Source: Candidatus Nealsonbacteria bacterium (lineage in GTDB: Bacteria; Patescibacteriota; Minisyncoccia; Minisyncoccales; PWPS01). From it: a DNA stretch of 32,335 nt. The stretch is taken from assembly GCA_003554915.1 (NCBI GenBank), contig PWHM01000058.1, positions 1-32,335 of the forward strand. Reading direction: 5' to 3'. The position numbers and the translations under genes were made by a program. The notes under the pieces are model-generated. The model was not told where the DNA came from. It ran no database searches and saw nothing but the letters and a program-made list of their open reading frames with translations. This document shows positions 24,812-32,335 of this stretch, piece after piece (position 1 is the first letter of the stretch; each line of letters opens with the position of its first letter).

Positions 24812-25801
24812 TTAATTTTTATTTCCGAGTTCTTTTTTATAAGCATATTCAACCATATGCTCATTTTGAGTCCTGTTTATTTTTTCGAAGCTCCCGTTTG
24901 ATTCTTTTTCGACCAAATCAAGTGATTTTTTTTCCAGGGCAACCGGATCATTGGAGATTAAAATTCCAATATCACCGACAATCGGGTCCATTTTTTTACC
25001 TATGCAATCACAATCCTTGGTAATATTTTTCAAAACGTTGATGTAAACTAAATTTTTCTCCAAATAATTAACTATCGCTCCGGCGTAATCAACGATTTTT
25101 TCTTGAAGCTCTTTGTTTGTTGATCCGCCCCAAGGAACGGAAACCGCCCCGTAATCACAAACGGCAATGCACATGGCACAGCCGATGCATTTTGCGGAAT
25201 TAATTTCCGCCCCTTTATCGGTCATTTCAATTGCGTTTACGTCGCAGTTTTCAATACAGACGTTGCACTTGGTGCATGTATTTTTATCTATTGAAGGACT
25301 TACATCGGAATGCATGTGAAGTTTACCCGCTCTGGATCCCAAGCCCATTCCCAAATTTTTAAAAGCGCCGCCGAAGCCGGTGGCGATATGTCCTTTAAAG
25401 TGGGATAAGACAACTAATGAGTCGTATTTTTTAAGCCCCTCCCCTATTTTAGCTTTTTTAATTTTCCCTTTTTTTGATTCCAGTTCCATTGATTTTTCAC
25501 CTCGCTTACCGTCTAAAATATCTATGGGAGCAAAATCAAAACCGTGCTCTTTTGCGGTTTGGATGTGGTCTTTTTTGTTGGTTCTCGAACCCTTATACAA
25601 AACGTTACACTCCACTAAACTAACTTCATAACCCAAATCGGTAATTTTATCATAAACCGCTTTTGCCAGTCTCGGATCCAAATAAGTTTCATTTCCTTTT
25701 TCACCGAAGTGAACCTTTAAACCGACTTTACCTTTCAGCTTTGACTCGTCTATTCGCTCTACGATTTCCTTTATGTCTTTTGAAAAAAACACTTTACTCA
25801 T
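24812..25801 (-). CDS. DUF362-family protein with an inserted 2x[4Fe-4S] ferredoxin domain
   Basis: DUF362-like core (LKVHFGE.GN..YL.P...., SHFKGHIATGFGGAFKNLGMG...GK..MH) plus two CxxCxxCxxxC(P/D) motifs (CTKCNVCIENCD, CIGCAMCIAVCD). Confidence 0.75.
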   Translation of the reverse strand: MSKVFFSKDIKEIVERIDESKLKGKVGLKVHFGEKGNETYLDPRLAKAVYDKITDLGYEVSLVECNVLYKGSRTNKKDHIQTAKEHGFDFAPIDILDGKRGEKSMELESKKGKIKKAKIGEGLKKYDSLVVLSHFKGHIATGFGGAFKNLGMGLGSRAGKLHMHSDVSPSIDKNTCTKCNVCIENCDVNAIEMTDKGAEINSAKCIGCAMCIAVCDYGAVSVPWGGSTNKELQEKIVDYAGAIVNYLEKNLVYINVLKNITKDCDCIGKKMDPIVGDIGILISNDPVALEKKSLDLVEKESNGSFEKINRTQNEHMVEYAYKKELGNKN

Positions 25802-25802
25802 T

Positions 25803-27068
25803 TTATTTTATTAGGTCATCTTTGTAATTTTCGGATCTTCCACCGTCGGCTTCCATAAACTCTTCGTAGGTTGGAATTTCACAAACGATTATTTTTCCGT
25901 CCAAAAAGTCAGAGTAAACCAGTTTGGCCCCTTCACCGTCTATATCCAATCCGGTGGTTTGATTTCCGGCCACCAGGGCGTCCAGTATTTCGCCGGATTG
26001 CACATCGAAAAAAAGAACTGATCCCCATTCGGGACCGGGAACGGAGTAATCTCCGGACGGATGATTTATTCCCCTGTTGGAGACTATGAGAATTTTTTTG
26101 TCCGGAGTCAGCCTTATCGTATTCGGATTGTTGTCGGTCTCCAAAAAAGGCTTCGTCTCCCCCGTTTCTTTTTCTACTCGGTAAATAGCGCTCAACGCCA
26201 TATCGGAGACGTAGAGATGCTCTCGGTCACCCACTATGGTTCTCATAGCTCCCCCGGTTTCAATTAAAACTTCGAAGTCACCCGTTTCCGGATCCATCTT
26301 TTGGATCTCCCCATTGGCAAACCCGGCTACATACAGCTTATTTCTGCTCAAATAGATTCCCCGGGGAGTTCTTACGGTTGAAATTCTCTCCGTAGATTTA
26401 TCTTCCAAATTAATTTTGGAAACATCGTTTCCGCTCCAATTAGAGACGTAAATCGTCTCTTCGTTTTTCGAAAGCTCCATTACTTTGGACCAAGTACTTT
26501 CCGTCGAATAAGTTTTTTTCGGTATCTTTGTTTCTCCGTTAATTTGAAATACCCTTCCCGTCTCCATCTGACTGACATAGGCCTTGGAGCCGGTTTTATT
26601 GAATATAATTTCCACTCCGCCTCCGTCGGGAAGCTGAATCTCGGTTCTCTGCCCCGTTTCAGTGTTGAAAACAACTACGCCGTAACGCTTATTCATCAGC
26701 GAAGTCACCCAAATTTCCTCCGTCTCGGGACGAAAAGCAACCGCTTTGGGGGAAGGAATTCCTTTAAGCTCATATTTACAATTTACCAATTGGTTCGGAT
26801 GGTTTTCCACCTTTTCAACCGTCCCCTTTTTTGTTGTTGTCTCTTTTACTTCTTCTAAAAGCTCTTCCTGTTTGTCTTCTTCATCTCTTTCAGCTTCTCC
26901 GTTTTCTTTTTGCTCATCATTTTTTTCTTGAGATGACTCGGAAACATCTTCGGTCACGTCGGATTTTACCGGTTCACTTTCCGGACTGTATCCGGCATTG
27001 AAAACGGCAAAAATACCGATAAATGCAATTATTCCTATGGAAATTATTAAATATATTTTATTCGGCAT
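25803..27068 (-). CDS. Membrane-anchored or exported beta-propeller repeat protein (YVTN/YncE-like)
   Basis: N-terminal TM/signal anchor and an acidic low-complexity linker. Then repeated blades of about 40 aa ending in motifs such as AYVSQMETGRVFQI, IYVSNWSGNDVSKI, LYVAGFANGEIQKM, LYVSDMALSAIYRV, ILIVSNRG, LVYSDFLDGKIIV. Confidence 0.65.
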   Translation of the reverse strand: MPNKIYLIISIGIIAFIGIFAVFNAGYSPESEPVKSDVTEDVSESSQEKNDEQKENGEAERDEEDKQEELLEEVKETTTKKGTVEKVENHPNQLVNCKYELKGIPSPKAVAFRPETEEIWVTSLMNKRYGVVVFNTETGQRTEIQLPDGGGVEIIFNKTGSKAYVSQMETGRVFQINGETKIPKKTYSTESTWSKVMELSKNEETIYVSNWSGNDVSKINLEDKSTERISTVRTPRGIYLSRNKLYVAGFANGEIQKMDPETGDFEVLIETGGAMRTIVGDREHLYVSDMALSAIYRVEKETGETKPFLETDNNPNTIRLTPDKKILIVSNRGINHPSGDYSVPGPEWGSVLFFDVQSGEILDALVAGNQTTGLDIDGEGAKLVYSDFLDGKIIVCEIPTYEEFMEADGGRSENYKDDLIK

Positions 27069-27762
27069 CGGGATTGTTTTTAAAATACTTGGGATTTCTG
27101 GCTTCCACTTTTTTTATAAGCCTGTCAAAAAGGAAAAACTCTCCGTTTTTTAAATACAAATAACCGGCTAAAGAGGCAAAAAAAGCGCCCAAAGTGTCCA
27201 GAATCAAGTCATGCATCGTATCGATTACTCCCAGCCTGGTATCGAAGTAGCCGTAAATGTATTCCAGGTCTCTCGCCTTTTGCATGTTGGTTCCGAAAAA
27301 CTCATCCATTCCGAACTCGAAGATTTCCCACAAAACACCCAAAGAAAGAGCAAAGCAAAATCCGAGTAGAGCAATCAGAAACGGAGATGTCTTCAGTTTT
27401 CCGGTTTTATAAAGTGAATAAGGGATTAAAAAGCCCAAAAATCCGAGCCCCAGTCCACTTATGGCGTGAAGAAGAGAATCGAACCAGTGGAAACGGTAGT
27501 AAAAGTCCTGGACCCCTCCCAAAAAAACACCGGCGTATATGAAAACTATCAAAAGAAGTTGAAGCTCACCGGGAAGATAGAAATCGTATTTGTCCTGAGC
27601 TGCTTGAACGATAAAAAACAATAAAAAGGTTAGAAAAATAAGAAACGTATTAAGCCAGTTTTGCTCCCAGACACTTATCGGAAAAGCGATTATAAGGCTA
27701 AGTAGTATAACTAAAGTTATTATTTTATACGGCTTGCTTCTTTTTTTGAACTTTGAAAACAT
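27058..27762 (-). CDS. Polytopic membrane protein, YjdF/DUF2238-like
   Basis: Pattern WFDSLLHAISG ... LWEIFEF..DEFFGTNMQ....D......DTMHDLILDTLGA resembles the E. coli YjdF family (YDR.GHF..G ... YE.IEW....GTQGD.WDTQ.DM...L.GA) as I recall it. Confidence 0.5.
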   Translation of the reverse strand: MFSKFKKRSKPYKIITLVILLSLIIAFPISVWEQNWLNTFLIFLTFLLFFIVQAAQDKYDFYLPGELQLLLIVFIYAGVFLGGVQDFYYRFHWFDSLLHAISGLGLGFLGFLIPYSLYKTGKLKTSPFLIALLGFCFALSLGVLWEIFEFGMDEFFGTNMQKARDLEYIYGYFDTRLGVIDTMHDLILDTLGAFFASLAGYLYLKNGEFFLFDRLIKKVEARNPKYFKNNPDAE

Positions 27763-27813
27763 TTTGTCTCTCTTAAATTACTTTGATAATTATATATTAA
27801 ATTTCGGTTTTTT

Positions 27814-27844
27814 GAAAATAAAAGGAGAGGCTCACTGCCTCCCC
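27814..27844 (-). terminator. Intrinsic terminator upstream of the YjdF-like gene
   Basis: Minus strand reads GGGGAGGC-AGUGA-GCCUCUCC, followed by UUUUAUUUUC. One stem position is G.U on the minus strand and would be A.C on the plus strand, so the hairpin is strand-specific. Confidence 0.5.
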
Positions 27845-27942
27845 CAATTTAAGTCAACGACTCGCAATTTATCTATTCTATAACCGTGCTCTGAAATAAG
27901 ATCAAAAGCTCCTCTTTCTAAAACACCTCCTTTCCTTGATTA

Positions 27943-27951
27943 ATTATAACA
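27943..27951 (-). promoter_or_regulatory. Extended -10 promoter element TGTTATAAT
   Basis: Minus strand reads TTTTTGTTATAATTAATC. It lies directly downstream of the terminator of the zinc-ribbon gene and about 120 nt upstream of the next terminator. Confidence 0.3.
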
Positions 27952-27965
27952 AAAATTGTTTTTAA

Positions 27966-27992
27966 TAAAAAAAAGAGGGCACGATTGCCCTC
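27966..27992 (-). terminator. Intrinsic terminator after the 52-aa zinc-ribbon gene
   Basis: Perfect 7-bp stem GAGGGCA-(4-nt loop)-TGCCCTC, followed on the minus strand by TTTTTTTTATT. Begins 5 nt after the stop codon. Confidence 0.6.
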
Positions 27993-27996
27993 CGAA

Positions 27997-28155
27997 TTAC
28001 TTAGCTTTTTTCTCCTCTTCTGCCCTGTAATTATCCACCGTTGGCTTACGTCGTCGAAAAGTTATCGGTACGCCACATTCACTACAATAGTTATGTGTTT
28101 TTAGGAAGGCTTCTTTGTTACCACATGCCGGACAGCATTTGAATTCTGTACTCAC
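27997..28155 (-). CDS. Unlisted 52-aa zinc-ribbon protein (GTG start)
   Basis: My translation: (M)STEFKCCPACGNKEAFLKTHNYCSECGVPITFRRRKPTVDNYRAEEEKKAK, with CxxC...CxxC. A strong SD (GAGGAGGG) lies 6-7 nt before the GTG and the gene has its own terminator. Confidence 0.5.
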   Translation of the reverse strand: MSTEFKCCPACGNKEAFLKTHNYCSECGVPITFRRRKPTVDNYRAEEEKKAK

Positions 28156-28209
28156 CAGTATCCCTCCTCTTTTAAAGCTTTTATTAATTTAGAATATCAC
28201 AAAAAAAAT

Positions 28210-28947
28210 CTAAAGGGAAGTGGGAAAATCCAAAAAGACGCTTTTAACACTGAACCTTTTTTGTATCTTTTTCTTCAGAGCGATTATTCCCAAAGTTTCA
28301 CTTGCGTAATGGCCCAAAAACAAAACGTTTATTTTTCCGTCTCTGGCTACTTCGGCGATATCTCTTTCTTCTCCGGTTATCAGCAGATCCAAATTTTTTT
28401 CCAGCGCTTCGTAGATACACCCCCCTCCGGAGCCGCTCACCGCTCCTACCTTTTTAATATTTTCCGGTCCGAAATTGAGTAATTTGCACTCCTTGTCCAA
28501 AATTTCCTCCATCTTTTCCGTTATCTCGAATACGTCTCCTTTTGTTTCTCCTATCCATCCGATTTCGTCGGCCATGCTTTCCTTCGGTTTAACTGATATC
28601 TTTTTTAAAATCTGAGCGTTGTTTCCCACTTCTTCGTGTTTATCCAAAGGAAGATGGACTGCGTATAAAGAGGTGTCGGTTTCAAGCAAGGGTTGAATTC
28701 TTTTTTTCATCCAGGATTTGACCGACGGATTGGACTTTTTCCAGAAAATTCCATGATGAACAATGACCAGGTCCGGATTTTCTTCTAAAATTTCTTCGAA
28801 AACCTCTCCCCCGGCGGTTACACAAAAGGCAATTTTTTTCACCGTTTTAGACCCCTCCACCTGCAGACCGTTCCAACTTTTATCTTCCACTTCGTTAACT
28901 TGAAGATAGTCATTCAAAAAATTTACTATGTCTTTTAATTTTTCCAT
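28210..28947 (-). CDS. NIF3-family dinuclear metal centre protein (YbgI/GTP cyclohydrolase I type 2-like)
   Basis: I..FL....P.......D..NGLQVEG...V.KI...V.......E.......DL.I.HHG.FW and C-terminal GHYASE. Start placed at the internal ATG 28947 (MEKLKDIVNFL), which fits family N-termini. The 28992 start cannot be excluded. Confidence 0.8.
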   Translation of the reverse strand: MEKLKDIVNFLNDYLQVNEVEDKSWNGLQVEGSKTVKKIAFCVTAGGEVFEEILEENPDLVIVHHGIFWKKSNPSVKSWMKKRIQPLLETDTSLYAVHLPLDKHEEVGNNAQILKKISVKPKESMADEIGWIGETKGDVFEITEKMEEILDKECKLLNFGPENIKKVGAVSGSGGGCIYEALEKNLDLLITGEERDIAEVARDGKINVLFLGHYASETLGIIALKKKIQKRFSVKSVFLDFPTSL

Positions 28948-29007
28948 ACTTTTTGTTTTTTTGAAGTATAGCAATTTTAAAATACTTTTCAAAAAATAGT
29001 TTAAAAG

Positions 29008-29027
29008 AAAGCCCCTTTCGGGGCTTT
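29008..29027 (-). terminator. Intrinsic terminator after the pullulanase gene
   Basis: Stem AAAGCCCC-(4-nt loop)-GGGGCTTT, 3 nt after the stop codon. The minus strand continues CTTTTAAACTATTTTTTG. Confidence 0.55.
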
Positions 29028-29029
29028 GT

Positions 29030-30889
29030 CTATCTCCTCCTTAGTGCCATTCCGGTGAACGGAGAGACTCTGACATTATCCGCTTCAAAGCGGTGAATGT
29101 CTTTTACTCCCGCCTTGTTTTCGTTTACTACTATGCTTAACTTCTTTTTTTCTTCGAGCCGGAAAGTATTCCACCGGTTATCGAAGTTATAAAGAACCAA
29201 AATTTCTTTCCAGTTGTCACCGTTGGCTCCCTCAATCAACTTGAATCCTACTGCGTTACCCGGTGCTTCAATAAAAGAGAGATGCCTCCTTATCATCTCC
29301 GGATCAGTCATTCGAAAGGCCGGATGATCTTTTCTTAAGGTTATTAATCCTCTGAAATAATCGAAAGTATCTTGATATCTGGCCTTTCTTTCCCATTTTA
29401 ATTGATTGCAATGATCGCCCGCACAATAACTGTTTCCGTGAAAATGCTTGGTTCTTAGAAATTCGTCTCCACCCTGAATGAAGGGAATCCCTTGCGAGGT
29501 AAAGACCACTACGTGGGCCAATCTGTGCATCCTCACCCGGGACTCCTTACTTAAATAAGGAAAGTCGGAGCAAATCTTATCCCAAAGGGTCAAATTATCA
29601 TGGCAACTGACGTAATTTATCGACTCCCCGGCTTTTTCCGTAAAATTTGATATTTGCCAATCGTATTGGACTCCGCCAACTACCGCCTCTTTCACGTTGG
29701 TTTTTTCCTCATCGCTACCGAAGATTATTCCTTTTACCGACTCTCGAAAATCATCATTGAAGACGGCTATCCTTCTTCCCTGTTGAGACCCTTTTCCCAT
29801 TCTTAAATACCACTCCAGTTGTGGCTCCGAAGAGAACCAGGGTTCTCCGTAAATTATAATTGACTTATCTATGGCGTGCAATTTTTTTTCGACCATGATC
29901 ATCGTTTGTTCATCCATCAGTCCCATCAGATCGAACCGGAAGCCGTCGATGTGATATTCCTTAGCCCAATAACAAACCGAATCGACGATAAATTTACGAA
30001 CCATCGGCTTTTCTGTGGCTAATTCGTTTCCACAACCGGATCCGTCGGCGAAATAACCGTTTACGAACCGGTAGAAATAGTCCGGGGCGAATTTCTGAAA
30101 AGGCGAATCTTCTCTGTGAAAGGTGTGGTTGTAAACCATATCCATAATTACTCCGATTCCCTTTTCGTGCAAGGCCATAATCAGCTTTTTGAATTCGGTT
30201 AGTCTGCTTTTATTCGACGGATTGATTGAATAAGATCCTTCGGGAACGTTGTAAAAATAGGGATCGTATCCCCAGTTGTAATGCTGGCCTTCGTCGTCAA
30301 CGGTGGCAAAGTCGGCAACCGGTAGTAAATGAACATGGGTTATTCCCAAACTCTTCAAGTGATCGATTCCCGTTTTTAAGCCGTGTCCGTTAGTTGTTCC
30401 CTCTTCGGTGAAAGCCAAATATTTTCCCTTGTTTTCAATTCCGGAATTAGGAGAGGCAGAAAAGTCACGAACATGGACTTCGTATATTATCGCGTCGGTA
30501 AATTTTTCCAGTTTTACTCTTCGATCCTTGTTCCAGCCGGGAGGATCGGTACTTTTCAAGTCGACAATTAGCCCTCTTTTACTGTCGGTTCCCACTGCGC
30601 GAGCATAAGGATCAACCGACTCTTCTACCCTATCCGGATAATTGATCCGAAAAATATAATAGAACCCGGACCAATCACCGTCCAGCATTGTTTTCCAGGC
30701 GCCATCTTTTCCTTTTTCCAGCTTCTCGATTGCCAAGGGAGCAGTGTCGTTTTCCTTTCTGAAAACGAGTATTTCTACCCGGTCGGCTACGGGAGCCCAA
30801 ACTGTTACCTCGGTTCTCTCTTTTTCATACCTTATCCCCAAATCATCTCCGTCGTAGAAAAAGTTTTCACAGCTTCTCTCCTCTCTCAT
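29030..30889 (-). CDS. Type I pullulanase / GH13 debranching enzyme
   Basis: N-terminal CBM48-like region. GH13 conserved regions VIMDMVYNHT, DGFRFDLMG, YGEPW and YVSCHDN, plus the pullulanase-type YNWGYDP motif. Start placed at ATG 30889, which follows the GGAGGTG SD (6-nt spacer), rather than at 30922. Confidence 0.85.
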   Translation of the reverse strand: MREERSCENFFYDGDDLGIRYEKERTEVTVWAPVADRVEILVFRKENDTAPLAIEKLEKGKDGAWKTMLDGDWSGFYYIFRINYPDRVEESVDPYARAVGTDSKRGLIVDLKSTDPPGWNKDRRVKLEKFTDAIIYEVHVRDFSASPNSGIENKGKYLAFTEEGTTNGHGLKTGIDHLKSLGITHVHLLPVADFATVDDEGQHYNWGYDPYFYNVPEGSYSINPSNKSRLTEFKKLIMALHEKGIGVIMDMVYNHTFHREDSPFQKFAPDYFYRFVNGYFADGSGCGNELATEKPMVRKFIVDSVCYWAKEYHIDGFRFDLMGLMDEQTMIMVEKKLHAIDKSIIIYGEPWFSSEPQLEWYLRMGKGSQQGRRIAVFNDDFRESVKGIIFGSDEEKTNVKEAVVGGVQYDWQISNFTEKAGESINYVSCHDNLTLWDKICSDFPYLSKESRVRMHRLAHVVVFTSQGIPFIQGGDEFLRTKHFHGNSYCAGDHCNQLKWERKARYQDTFDYFRGLITLRKDHPAFRMTDPEMIRRHLSFIEAPGNAVGFKLIEGANGDNWKEILVLYNFDNRWNTFRLEEKKKLSIVVNENKAGVKDIHRFEADNVRVSPFTGMALRRR

Positions 30890-30966
30890 CCGACTCACCT
30901 CCTTTGTAGATTTGTCTTCCAAAAACTATTTTTTTAAGGTACTTTCTTTTCGGAATGGAATACATT

Positions 30967-30995
30967 ATTATATAGCTAATTCTATCTTTTGGCAA
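30967..30995 (-). promoter_or_regulatory. Putative pullulanase promoter (TTGCCA-17-TATAAT)
   Basis: Minus strand has TTGCCA (30995-30990), a 17-nt spacer, TATAAT (30972-30967). Confidence 0.4.
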
Positions 30996-31023
30996 TCAAG
31001 AGGAAAAATAAAAACCGGTTATA

Positions 31024-31052
31024 GAAAAAGGCCCGGATTTTAATCCGGAGCC
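31024..31052 (-). terminator. Intrinsic terminator after the 64-aa ORF
   Basis: Minus strand reads GGCTCCGGA-TTAAAA-TCCGGGCC, followed by TTTTTCT. Confidence 0.55.
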
Positions 31053-31068
31053 CTTAGTCTATTTATAC

Positions 31069-31263
31069 TCACCTCTCTATCTTATTTTGATATATATCTT
31101 CTCTCAATATATTAGCCATTTCGAAAAGTTTTTCTTCTTGACTGTCGGTGAGATTATTACTGAAAGCGATTTTCCGGACTTCAAATTTAGTAATATCCGG
31201 AGCCAAACTTTTGATTTCTTCTAAAGCTTTTCGATAATCTTTCCCATTTCCTTGTTTTTTCAT
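31069..31263 (-). CDS. Hypothetical 64-aa protein
   Basis: Start moved to ATG 31263, which follows the SD GGGAGGGGTG. Sequence: MKKQGNGKDYRKALEEIKSLAPDITKFEV... No family recognised. Confidence 0.45.
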   Translation of the reverse strand: MKKQGNGKDYRKALEEIKSLAPDITKFEVRKIAFSNNLTDSQEEKLFEMANILREDIYQNKIER

Positions 31264-31303
31264 TTTCACCCCTCCCTTTTTTACTCTACAACAAATCTTT
31301 CTA

Positions 31304-32086
31304 TTAGTCAAAAACAGAAACCGAATTCGCAATAGTCCACTCCCCTACTTTTGTTCTTTTTAAACTCAGAAGAAGACCGCCGGCACTCAACTTTTGTCCG
31401 GCTTGATGGGCTATGGAGCGTAGGTAACAACCGCTACTGCAGACTATCTTAATTTTTGCAACCGAATACTTACTTTTAATTTTTTTTCCGGTTAATAATC
31501 GGTTCCACTCATTTAAAATTTTTTCTTGCCTAAAGTCACCGGAAACGTTTTTTATTTTAATATTTATTTTCTCCTTCAATTCAAGCTTACCTATCTCTCC
31601 TATTTCTTGGACCGAAAGTTTATAAATTTCAACCTTCTTTTCAGGAATCTCAACTTCATCCAGTCTGTCTTCCAGAGCCCACTTAAAAAGCGGTTTTCCT
31701 TTTAAATTGTATCCGGAAAAAGGCGGTAATTGAAAGTTGTAAATTCCTTCGAAAGACTTAAGTGTTTTTCTTATCTCTTTTTTGGATAATTCCTTATAAT
31801 TATATTCGGGCAGTCCCAATAAATCATAGCTATCAGTCGAAAAACCGAAGAGTATCTCCGCCAGGTATTCTTTGCCGTAATTCAAGTGATCATGGAAATT
31901 CTTTAACTCCTCCCCTTTTACCAATAAGACAACTCCCTCGGCCATCGGGTCGAGTCTTCCGGCGTAGGCTATCTTTTGATTTCTAAGTTCGGGACATCTA
32001 TCTTTCAATGCTTTTATCAGGTCGTAAGGAGAGATGCCTACGGGCTTGTAGGCCGGAAATAAATCCTTGTCAATTTCTTTATACAT
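31304..32086 (-). CDS. truB: TruB-family tRNA pseudouridine synthase (short, no obvious PUA domain)
   Basis: KP.G.S..D.I........K.AYAGRLDPMAEGVVLL..G parallels the TruB catalytic-Asp motif (GH.GTLDP.A.G.L), followed by K.Y.A....G..TD..D..G. Confidence 0.7.
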   Translation of the reverse strand: MYKEIDKDLFPAYKPVGISPYDLIKALKDRCPELRNQKIAYAGRLDPMAEGVVLLVKGEELKNFHDHLNYGKEYLAEILFGFSTDSYDLLGLPEYNYKELSKKEIRKTLKSFEGIYNFQLPPFSGYNLKGKPLFKWALEDRLDEVEIPEKKVEIYKLSVQEIGEIGKLELKEKINIKIKNVSGDFRQEKILNEWNRLLTGKKIKSKYSVAKIKIVCSSGCYLRSIAHQAGQKLSAGGLLLSLKRTKVGEWTIANSVSVFD

Positions 32087-32119
32087 ATCTTTATTTTAAC
32101 AAACTTTTTCAATAAAAAG

Positions 32120-32146
32120 AACCGACTGTCTGTTGGACAGCCGGTT
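32120..32146 (-). terminator. Intrinsic terminator upstream of truB (ends the gene entering from the right window edge)
   Basis: Minus strand reads AACCGGCTGTC-CAACA-GACAGTCGGTT followed by CTTTTTATTG. One stem pair is G.U on the minus strand and A.C on the plus strand. Confidence 0.5.
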
Positions 32147-32193
32147 TTTATTTTAGCTTTTTGATTTGGTCATTGCCTTTTTATGATTTCGAC

Positions 32194-32335
32194 TTCAACT
32201 CTTTCTCTTTTCTTTAACTTTCTGACTATCTCATCAATCTCTCTTTCGGTTTTTTGCCCCTTGCAAGCACCCTTTAGCTGATTGATTGCTGGTTTATGTT
32301 TATCATAAAGAAAGCTCGGGCACGTGACTTCAATC
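32194..32335 (-). CDS. 3' end of an unidentified CDS that continues beyond the window
   Basis: The open frame to the window edge reads ...IEVTCPSFLYDKHKPAINQLKGACKGQKTEREIDEIVRKVKEKRKS then TGA, and a terminator follows. No family recognised from 46 aa. Confidence 0.3.

Noticed and set aside
26268-26277. The palindrome ACTTCGAAGT, which shares the outer arms of the dif-like site, as a possible second Xer site.
   Set aside because: It lies inside the beta-propeller coding region and has no 6-bp central spacer or inner arm sequence. It is most likely a chance 10-bp palindrome.
27763-27960. yjdF-motif (azaaromatic) riboswitch, suggested by the YjdF-like name of the downstream gene.
   Set aside because: The name match is probably coincidental. 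The riboswitch is associated with the Bacillus yjdF gene, which as far as I recall is a different family from E. coli YjdF/DUF2238. I also cannot reproduce the motif consensus from memory to test it.
1-32335. CRISPR arrays, IS elements or transposases, prophage genes, toxin-antitoxin pairs, restriction-modification systems, or other known defence systems; also alternative genetic codes (UGA recoding).
   Set aside because: I saw no regularly spaced direct repeats and no transposase, integrase (other than the Xer-type recombinase) or phage-like ORFs. TGA clearly functions as a stop (for example the gltX and rplI ATGA junctions), so the standard code fits.

Overview
This is an AT-rich, very gene-dense bacterial chromosome segment that uses the standard genetic code (TGA serves as a stop, for example in ATGA start/stop overlaps). 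Many genes overlap by 4-20 nt and several proteins are shorter than usual, for example HrcA at 253 aa. That fits a reduced genome of the Patescibacteria/CPR type, but this placement is inference only.

**Plus strand, positions 1-7139**
- Tail of the dcw cell-wall cluster: mraY (3' end), murD, ftsW, murG.
- gltX, then a small secreted protein.
- A Xer-family tyrosine recombinase.
- rpmA.

**Minus strand, position 7126 to the window end**
- A gene of the C-terminal processing protease (Ctp) family, then rplI and pyrG.
- A single transcription unit: tRNA-Lys(UUU), a CDKAL1/e-MtaB-type methylthiotransferase, an unknown 318-aa protein and an unlisted 59-aa Cys/His mini-ORF.
- The hrcA-grpE-dnaK-dnaJ operon, with a CIRCE-like operator.
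- An ABC exporter pair.
- A run of small or unknown genes: a membrane protein, a capless HAD-like protein, YjbQ, a 74-aa repeat-motif protein and an M50B-like HExxH membrane protein.
- An SLC12/CCC-type cation-chloride cotransporter homolog.
- A decayed 3-methyladenine DNA glycosylase pseudogene.
- A cluster of DUF362 Fe-S protein, exported beta-propeller and YjdF-like membrane protein.
- An unlisted 52-aa zinc-ribbon gene, NIF3, a GH13 pullulanase, a small protein and truB.

I found no CRISPR array, no transposase or phage genes, and no recognisable defence system.

**Best candidates for something new**
1. A 28-bp dif-like 11-6-11 site lies directly upstream of the xer gene. It is about 1.6 kb from the only convergent strand switch in the window, which suggests a terminus-linked Xer/dif module.
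2. The tRNA-Lys(UUU) / e-MtaB / 318-aa unknown / 59-aa mini-protein operon.
3. An orphan unit of about 120 nt, bounded by a promoter and a terminator and without an ORF, lies upstream of the YjdF-like gene.

All promoter, terminator and RNA calls come from reading the sequence by eye in AT-rich DNA and need computational or experimental confirmation.
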